Shown in pieces: positions 54,287 to 64,000 of a stretch of 64,000 bases of DNA. Source of the stretch: Blastocystis sp. Blastoise. Its lineage: Eukaryota > Protista > Bigyra: Opalinata. How positions within the stretch are numbered: the first letter of the stretch is position 1; each line of letters begins with the position of its first letter. The notes under the pieces were generated by a model. The model saw only the letters and a list, made by a program, of their open reading frames with translations. It was not told where the DNA came from and ran no database searches. A program made the position numbers and the translations under genes. The stretch is from the NCBI GenBank assembly GCA_039096225.1, contig JBBPEB010000015.1, forward strand, positions 868,001 through 932,000, written 5' to 3'.

Positions 54287-54914
54287 TTAGAAGTGTTTAT
54301 GTATAAGTGAATCATGTAGATAATCTAATCCTTCTATAAGACCCTCACTAGTATAAGCACTACATAGCTGTAAATGCCATGGATTCTTAATTATATCTAA
54401 TTGTAAAAGAGAAGCAATTTCAGAATAAGAAAATGTATCTTCTTCATCACATTTATTTGCATATATAAGGATATCAATATTTTTTAAACAATTTAAATCA
54501 AGTAAATGAAATAATGTTTTTCTTGCTATAGAAATATTCATTTTATATAAAGAATAGATTCGTTTATTATATTATAATTATATACAAAAGGAATCAGTAA
54601 AAAAACATACCTTGTTCCATACGTTGTTTTGAATCTGTACAATCAACAACAAAAATCAATGCTTGAGTATTATACATATAATTATCCCAGAATGGTTTGA
54701 TCTCATCTGAACCTCCGACATCCCACAGTACAAAAGTGTAATAACCATAATCGATACTTTCTACATTAAATCCTATCGTTGACTGTGTATCGATGATTTC
54801 ACCAAGCTTCAATTTATATGTAATGGTAGTTTTTCCAACTCCATCCAACCCAACAATCATTGTCCGAACTTCTTTTCGGCCAAAAAGAAGTGAATGAAGT
54901 ATAGGGCATCTCAT
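54287..54914 (-). CDS. Atypical Arf/Arl-family small GTPase (1 intron)
   Basis: [26 protein letters not shown] and CSA. Exons are joined at MEQ|ARK. Confidence 0.92.
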
Positions 54915-56639
54915 ATTTATGTATTAATACGAAGTAAAGAAACAAATGCACAAATGATTGGAAACGAATTTCTTCTTTTTTCCTCAATAAGAAATGGAAT
55001 TGTACGTAGTGGAACTCAATAAACTTTTGAACTTGTATACTTTAAGATATTATTGAAAAGTCCAGAAAAAAGTAGTATACAGCTTTTAGGGATTCTATTC
55101 TCATCTGCGTCATTTCATTGTCTTTTTTTTCTTTTAGGAACAGCGGCTTTGATTTTTACTTATCAAAAGGAATGATTATGTTATTTAATTGAAGAAATAA
55201 ATGTGTATTTCGCATACAAAATGTATATATGTTTTGTTGAATACTCGAAGATTCTATTTCAATTTGTTTACATTTTATCTTCAATTTCTTCAAGTTACAC
55301 ACAGAATTCAGTTGGATAGATCATCTCTATATTTTCTAAATGTATATTTCAAAGGAAATACATACATTGTATTTATTTATATTTTACTATTTTATAATTT
55401 TCATATTAAAAATGGATATATATTAGCACTGAATAAAATGAAATAGAAATGGAAAGGAAATAGCTCATAGATTTGTGTAACACGTTTTGTAAGAATTATT
55501 TTTTATGCTTAACGAAGAAAATATAGGAATATATATACGTTCTAACTCATTTTTGGCATCAGAGGATGATTCTAATTATCATAGATCACCACTAAAAATT
55601 GAATGACACAGCCTTTCCTCTAAAAAAGAACTAATTTTTATTATATATGCAATAAAATAGTTTTATATGATATATGAAACCTATTTCATATTTTTTAAAT
55701 ATTTTATTAAAAGTAATTTGAAGATAAAATGGTTCAAGAAATATATGATAAATCTTGTTATTAAATATATTTTTGTTTTTTTTCAGTTTATTCTTCTTCC
55801 TTGCATTTATTCTTTCTTTTCTATTTGTAGTTTATACTATGATTGGTGCCATATGCAGTACGATTCTCAATTGCAACATTTATGGTAGTTTGATTGTTCA
55901 TTTACAGTATGTCTACTTTACATTATTCATTTTTATATTTATATAATTTCTGTAGCTCAAGAAACTACGACCAATATTGTTTATAATCGTTTTTCTATTT
56001 ATGATTGATAGTTTATTAAAATCAATGTTGATATTTATTCTTTTAATAATATCAAGCTATATAAAAATTGTCCTTCTCTTCTCTTAAATGATCAGAATCA
56101 GAAATATTTCGTATTTTTTTGACTTAATAATCAAAGATTCAATTAAATTTCTTCTTTCAACATTCTACTTCAAATTAAAATTTTATTGAATATCAACTCA
56201 AGTTTATTGAACTATAAAACGATTTCTACATTGCAGGTCTCATTTCAATAATCTTCCTTCTAAGTCACTTATTGCTTTCTCTGATAGATGAACCAATTTT
56301 TGAACAAAACAATATAAAATGAATAGATTATTTGATCCATCGTGAATACTTTTGTAATAAGTTTTCTTTTATTCTATTTGAAATATAATTCAATTGATCT
56401 CTGATGAAGGTAAACTATATAATTCAAACATAATTACAAAAAGGCATCATTTATCAATGTTTTTCTCTAATAAATGCATTGTTGATGAGAAGTAACAAAG
56501 GTTTAATGAATTAATTTGGAATCTTATATCATAGATGCATTATACAACAAGATACTTTTTTTATATAGGATGACAATCGAAGAGAAGATGCTATTATTTA
56601 AGAAAATAATTGAATAAGAATCTTCACATTATCGATTAG

Positions 56640-56669
56640 CCAATCAAACTCTTCGGTCATCCAATCAAA
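56640..56669 (+). promoter_or_regulatory. Tandem CCAAT boxes upstream of the PiT transporter
   Basis: CCAATCAAA at 56640 and 56661, about 150-170 nt before the ATG. Confidence 0.45.
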
Positions 56670-56813
56670 TTGTTTTTTTCTCAACTTTAAAGCACTTCAA
56701 TTTTTTTCGTTGTGTTGAATCTTCAATTTGTTTTAAATATTTCTATAACAAAAATGGCATATTTCATTTATTTCGAAATACATTAAAATCTTATTGAATA
56801 AGTAGTCTAAATA

Positions 56814-58336
56814 ATGATTGTTGATTACACTTGGATCCCTATTTTTTCTGGTTATGTAGCATTCGTTATGGCTTACGGTATTGGTATGTTTTTATTACTA
56901 TTATGGCAATTGGACTCATATAATAACTATCTTATTTACTTATTTTAGGTGCTAATGATGTTGCCAATGCCTTTGCTACATCTGTAGGTGCTAAAGCAAT
57001 TACTTTAAATACTGCTTTAATTATTGCAGCTGTCATGGAATTTAGTGGTGCTTATTTCTTAGGTTCTCATGTTACCGATACTGTTGCTAAGGGTATTATT
57101 GATTCTGCTGTTTTTGCTGAACATCCTGAACAATTAATGTGGGCTAACTGTTGTGCTCTTCTTTCTGCTGCTATTTGGCTTCTTCTTGCTACTGTCTACT
57201 CTCTTCCTGTATCTACTACTCATTCTATTATTGGTGGTTTAGTTGGTTGTGGTTTAATTGCTGGTGGTGTTGATTGTATTAAATGGTCTGAAATTATCAA
57301 AATTGTAATATCTTGGTTTACTTCTCCTGTTCTTGCTGGTCTTATTTCTGCTTTCCTTTATTGGGTTGTTCGTACTCTTGTTTTAAGACATGAAAATAAC
57401 TTTGAACGTTCTCTTATATTCTTCCCTGTTATGGTTGCTATTACTTTTGCTATTAATATTTTCTATGTTATTTATAAAGGTTTCTCTGCTACTAAGAATA
57501 TGGAACTTTGGTTAGCTCTTGTTTGGTCTTGTGGTATTGGTCTTGCTATTGGCTTAATTATATTCTTTATTCTTGTTCCTATTTTAAGAAAGAGAGTACA
57601 AAAGGAAACTGCTGATAAGAAAGCTTCTGAAGGTAACGCTAGTTCTACTAAAGTAGATATTGAATTAGCTGATGTTAAGACTGAAGAAAAGAAAACTGAA
57701 AAACCTAAAGAACATATTCAACTTATGGGTAAAGATGTTCATGCTGAATTAAAGGATGAAGAATCTAAAGTTTATAAAATACATGAAAATTCTGAAAAAT
57801 TTAACCCTCAAACTGAACGTACTTTTGCTTTCTTACAAGTTGTTACTGCTACTTTTGATTCTTTTGCTCATGGTGGTAATGATGTTGCTAATTCTATTGG
57901 ACCTTTTGCTGGTGTTTTAGCTATTTATTTAACTCATTCTATTTCTTCTAAATCTGAAGTACCTACTTGGGTTCTTGCTTTAGGTGGTATTGGTATTGTT
58001 GCTGGTTTAGCTACTTTAGGTTATAAGATTATTGCTTCTATTGGTGTTAATCTTGTTACTGTTACTCCTTCTAGAGGTTTTGCTATTGAATTAGGTTCTG
58101 CTTTAGTTGTTGTTACTGGTTCTCGTCTTGGCTTACCTTTATCTACTACTCATTGTCAAGTTGGTTCTACTGTTGGTGTTGGGTTATTAGAAGGAAAGAA
58201 AGGTGTCAATTGGTCTTTATTAGTTGAAGTCTTTGTTGGATGGGTATTCACTTTAATTATTGCTGGATGTCTTTCTGCTGCTCTCTATGCTTTTACTATG
58301 TATACTCCTTCTCTTACTAGTAATACTCCTTTCTAA
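56814..58336 (+). CDS. Inorganic phosphate transporter, PiT/SLC20/PHO4 family (1 intron, 56884-56948)
   Basis: GANDVANAFATSVG, PVSTTHS, HGGNDVANSIGP, TPSRGF and PLSTTHCQVG. Confidence 0.96.
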
Positions 58337-58651
58337 ATAACTCAATTTGTCTTATACGTTTAAACTATTCAATATAGCTTATTCAATTCAATATCTTTCT
58401 ATTTCTTTTATACTATTTTTTTGTATATGTTTGTAGCTTGATTTTCTTTTGGTTTATTTTTTTTATATAGGTAGATCTTTTCTATCTATATAATTATTTT
58501 TCAATTTTTAATTGTAAACCTTCAATGATTTGTTTTGTTTTTAATGAATTCAATATCTAGTCACAATGATGAATAACAACAATTATATATATATTATTTA
58601 TCCATTATATATAAACTCACAAAAATTAAAAAAACAAATGATTATATATTT

Positions 58652-59713
58652 TTATAAATTACTTTTACAGACTGACCATAAATTAATTGTTTTTCCCGCC
58701 ATAGAACGTACAACACGTTGAGGATCGTCCAAAACTGTCTTTAATTTAAATATAACAGTATCAATATAAAGAGCGATTTTTGTTTTTGGAAGAGAAGCAT
58801 AACGATGAAGAACAAAGAGAGATACTAAACGATAATAAGAACTATATATATATAATCATAGTTAGCTACAGTTATATTATATATATTGCTATATTATATA
58901 ATATATTATATATATGCCATATGCATATATTATATATGAATAGACAAGAATATCGATATACTTTGAAGAAGTAGTAGCTACAGTAATAAGAAGAGGAATA
59001 GCCACGGGAATATAATCAACAAATTTGGTAATTTGAGTAACACTTAAATTCTATATAGAATATAAAGATTATTATAAATAATAATAATAGTAGTTATTTA
59101 TATATATATATACATAGATAAGTTTAAAGGCTTCATTGGATGGAGACTTAGATTGCAAATCCTATAAAATAAAATAAATATAAAATAAATATAAAATGAA
59201 GATAAAATTGAAGTAATAAGGATCTACTGTAATAAAAAAATAGTGTAATAATATCTAATAATATGTATACAATGATTATTAAGGGTAATAATATTGTCAC
59301 GTGAGGCGTTAAAACTTCAGAAGGGAGAAAAAGGGAGAAGAGGAATACTGTTCTTAATAATAGCCTATAAATATATATTACAATATAGTATTCGTGACAA
59401 TGTTATTAAGAAAATATGAATAATGATGATAACAGTATATATAAATATATACATATCATTTTGAGTGATGACATCTGAAGTTGATCTATAGAAATTAGGA
59501 TATAAACAGATTGAAAAATCATGGTAAATATATAGAATACAGAGTAATATTCTTGGTTTTTATGTAATTAAAAAGAAGAGGGAATGATTCAGTAGCTAAA
59601 CATTTACTATGTATATAAATTATAAATATAATAATTATATAATGAATAATATATATACACATAATTAAGATTTGGTTGTTGAGAAGTGATTGAAGGAGGA
59701 AGAGGAGAAAACA

Positions 59714-59765
<52 letters not shown>

Positions 59766-62700
59766 TTTCCAATTATAGCTAAGTAAAACTGTTTTTCTTC
59801 TTCTTTAATATCGGCTATAATAATATGATTATATATATTAACATAATAAATATATTATAATAAGACATAAGAAGAAGAAATATATAATAATAACATATAA
59901 TCAATAGAGTTAAATAATATAAATAGAGTAATACAAGTAATAATAGTATTGAGTTGAAGAAGGAGAGGAGGAAGAGAAGAAGAAGATCGAATATATAGAG
60001 ACTGTAATATACTATGAGATATAGAAAATAATTATTAATAAATATATATGCAGAGAGAAGAGATTCATTTACGTAGAAAAAAGATATTATATAAGTATAT
60101 TAGTATATATATATACCCTACAATAATAGAAGTAGTAACATTGGGCTGTTGTATATATAAATGAATGTCTTGATAAGGAAATAGAGAGAGAAGAGAGGGA
60201 AGAGAATCTTCTTTGATATAGATATATAAACATAAAATGGAGAAGTGAGGAAGATCAAGTACTATATATATATATAATAATAATAAGAATAACAAATGAT
60301 AAATGATGAAGAATGATCACAAGGTTTATATAAATACGAATAATTATATATAATAAATATAGAATACTATTTATATAAATATATAACACTATATACATTT
60401 CCCTTGTTGTATATATATAAGTATTTTTTGATATGTATTTATAAATAAGGAGTTTTGATCACTTGGTATATGGTCATATATACAGCATAAGAAGTGAAAT
60501 AATATATATTGAGGAACTACAGAATCATCTTCTAAAAGAGGGAATATAGTTTCAACGAGCCCGCCAAATGAGAAAGTGGCGGGAAGAGAATGAATGATGT
60601 GAAACATATATATATAGACAGATTGATAGAATTCTATAGAAGTTTGTAAAGCATCACGTGATAGAACTAGTTTGATCATGTGCATAAGGAGTGAATCACA
60701 TGCGTTTACACCCTCAGGAACTTCCACGTTCATAATAGCTAATTGTTCTTTGAAACGTGATTTCTGCATAGCTGTTACAATATCATTTAACATATCGATG
60801 ACAACCTGTGTGTCATCATTGGTAAGAGCAGTTTCTATTTGTGTATATAAGTATATAAATAAAGAAGGAGAAGAAAGACCAGAGAGAAGAGAAGAATCCA
60901 ATAAATAACCATATTCTATATGCTCCTAGAATATATAAATATAATAAATAGAATAATAAATAGAATAATGAATGAATAATAAATAGAATAATAAATAGAA
61001 TAATGAATAGAATAAAAAACATAATAACAAATATAAGTTAATTCTATTTATATACTTTACAAGCTGTAAAAAGAGAACGAACTACTTCACCACATTCATT
61101 AACAGACATACAACTATTAATATCATTCTTATTACTATTCATAGTAATATCTATATCTATATTCTTATCTTTATACTTCATATCACAGAGATCGGTAGTC
61201 TTTTCAATATAACGATTTAAAGAACTACTTATATAAATATATTGAGAAGCATCTAATTCAGAAAATAAGGATAAATAATGAGAAAGAAGCGAATTCTCAC
61301 AATGTGATAGTTGTGATAAATATAACAGAGAAAGAAGACCCTAAAATATATAGAAAATAAATATGTATATATATATAAATGATATATGTACATTGATCAT
61401 TGAGTATTGTTGTGATTGTTCAACTTTCCCATGAATATATATATCTACAAGAGTAGGTATATACCTATATATAGAATATAGATATAGAATATAGAATATA
61501 GAATATAGATATAGAATATAGATGTAGAATATAGATATAGAATATATATATAGATAAAGAATATAGATATAGATAAAGAATATAGATAAAGAATATATAT
61601 ATATATAGATATAGAATATAGATATAGAATATAGATATAGAATATACTCCAGAAGAGGTTTGATATTTGTTGTTGTATATATAGGAGAATAGAAGGAAAC
61701 AAGGAATTCAGAGATACACCATATATAGGCACTTCTATACATAAATATGAATGAAATATATAAAGATAAATGTAGTTTAAAATATATATATAGTTTAATA
61801 TATATATATATATAATAATAATAATGAATATACTGAATAGAGACATTTCCTTCTGATTTATAAGTATCTATTAATAGGTTTAATATAGGGAGAAATGGAG
61901 GGAGACATAAGGAACTATTCTCTAATAACTATATAAAATTTATATAGGGATAAATTATATAATAAATATATGTATAATAATAATAAAATAATAATAAACA
62001 TTATAATAAAATATAATAAGTATAATAATAAACTATAATAATAATAATAATATATAAATACAATTTTAATAACTTTCATAGTGTTATGAGCCGTTAAGGA
62101 GTTGGGGGATGTGAGGATATATGTTTTGGGGAGTTCAAGGAAGGGAGTTATGTAACCATCCAATAAAATATCTTTATAATCTTTATGAAGATTTGCCGTT
62201 ATTTGACCCAGAACTTGTCGTGAGGCATTCTGAATAACATCGTCCAAACCAGAAATACAAGTATCTAATAATAATAATAATAATAAATATAAACATAATA
62301 AAATAATAATAATAAATATAAACAAAAAGAAATAAAAATATAAACAAAAAGAAATAAAAATATAAACATAAATATAAATAAATATATAAACTAATAACTT
62401 ACTAATAATAATGTTTCCCAGTTCTCAAGATCCCTCATAAGATATTGTGTTCCGTACTGTTGTAGTTCAAGTAATAATAATTCGAGTCCATCTCTTTGAT
62501 TGTTATATATACCACTATCGATTCGATCTAGGAGGAAGGGGAGAAGAAATTCTTGGAGATGCGAGGATACTAAGAAAGCTGTATTAAGAGCATTCTTTAT
62601 ATCTTCCTATAGAATATATAGATGAATTAATATATATATATATATATATATAGTAATCTAAGAGAAGTTAAAAGTGTGTTATATCTAACGAATAAAAACA

Positions 62701-63734
62701 GTAAAAAATGTATAAATATAAACATAAAAAATGAATAATGATTGAATAGAAGAATACATGATAGTAATATATATACATGAGTAATATTGAATACATCATT
62801 AGCAGGTCTGGTGAATGTGACAGGAAAATAAGAGGAAAGAATATCAAATATTTCTCCAGAAATATCTAAAGTCAATATAGAATCAAAAACAGTACATATA
62901 GATTCAACTAATTGTAATACTTGTAATAAACCACGGGGATCTTTTTCATCCAACATAATCTATATATAAAATAATTTCTTAATCCTAAATAGAATATAAT
63001 ATTGTTTACAATAAACAATTTTTACAGTAATCAATCAAGTATTATTATTGTATATCATAATATATTAGTATAATAAATATGAGACAATTCATTATATAAA
63101 TATAAAACAATTCATTATATAAATATAAAACAATTCATTATATAAATATAATAAATCTATTAATATAATTCACAATATATACATTACAAAGCCATTTAAC
63201 ATATTGAAGTCCCTTATTGACCATAGTATTATGATAATGATTATTACTAAGGAAGAGAGAGAGAGTATCATATACATGATGACGACAAGGATATTTCATT
63301 GAACCTATGTTCCCTGTTTGAGAAAACACTTCAACAGTCTTTATACAACTATCAGGAATCACTAACCCATATTTTTTTATGGTAACATAAATGTCATTTG
63401 TGCACTCTTCTGCAGTTGGAAAGTCTTCAATTCGAATTAGAAAGAACTCATAAATTGATGTAATGACAGGAACACTTATATGGATATCATCACTAGATAT
63501 GATATCTCCTAAGAACTTCATTCCTATCTTTCTTTTCGATTCTTCTGAGTTGACTAAATAAAATTCACATGCAGAAATAAGAGTTGACATCATGTTTCCA
63601 TTATTTAACTATATTACATATAGAACAACATATTATAAGTTTACTAATGCGATAGCTTGTGAAATCACTTTTTGAGTTTCCTCCTGATTTACACTATTTG
63701 CATATTGATCGATTATACTCTTCAATTTATCCAT
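58652..63734 (-). CDS. MMS19: MMS19/Met18 cytosolic Fe-S assembly targeting factor (spliced)
   Basis: N-terminal DEKDPRGLL..FDILSSYFPVTF and C-terminal LDDPQRVVRSMA...W, with a HEAT-like helical middle. All introns can be resolved as GT-AG. Confidence 0.88.
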
Positions 63735-64000
63735 TGTTCTACTTATAAAGAAATTAATTTTTTCTGTTTGAACGTTTCCTATTTCTTTTCTCTCTTTGAG
63801 TTTTTACGATAAAAAGAAAATCACAAGTATATAAAATCACTTTTCCGTGACTTTTATGATAATGCTTCCAATGGAGCCGTTTCTGACTATGCCAACAAGG
63901 AAAGAATAATTTTTGGAACCAACAGAAAGTTTTTTATTCATCTATTCTCACGCGAAGGAAGACACTTCTTTCATATATCGTCATCTACATCACATTACTG

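Noticed and set aside
63840-64000. Start of a further gene at the window end
   Set aside because: The ATG-led frame stops quickly and the open frame has no ATG. It cannot be resolved without more sequence.

Overview
This is very AT-rich eukaryotic nuclear DNA, not prokaryotic. By manual splicing it holds about 19 protein-coding genes, mostly intron-dense, so most long entries in the ORF track are microsatellite or intron read-through artefacts. Genes in order: 3' end of a SET/post-SET methyltransferase, GFAT, PH-CAMK kinase, SpoU/TrmH methyltransferase, K+-dependent H+-PPase, ARP4-like, intronless BTB-like/TLDc protein, Spc24, RluB/RsuA pseudouridine synthase, an unknown membrane protein, Rogdi-like, Vps18, RWDD4-like, Tam41, CRT-like transporter, DUS3, MMACHC/CblC-like, an atypical Arf GTPase, a PiT phosphate transporter and MMS19. 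The 34-40 nt introns, a minor-spliceosome intron, TGTTTGTT 3' motifs and the gene content suggest a low-GC Blastocystis-like stramenopile (inference). The highlights are as follows. (1) A 5.2 kb DNA transposon with 19-bp CACTG TIRs, a TTA TSD, phased TATACCA subterminal repeats, an internal second end next to telomere-type repeats, and decayed intron-bearing cargo. (2) A U12-type AT-AC intron in Spc24. (3) An array of frame-preserving 27-51 nt micro-exons at the DUS3 5' end, one of which needs a non-canonical AT-AG intron. (4) A 5'-to-3' gradient in which first introns stay about 35-40 nt while later introns expand with microsatellites anchored in TA-repeat splice ends. All exon structures and protein identities were derived by eye, with no database search.
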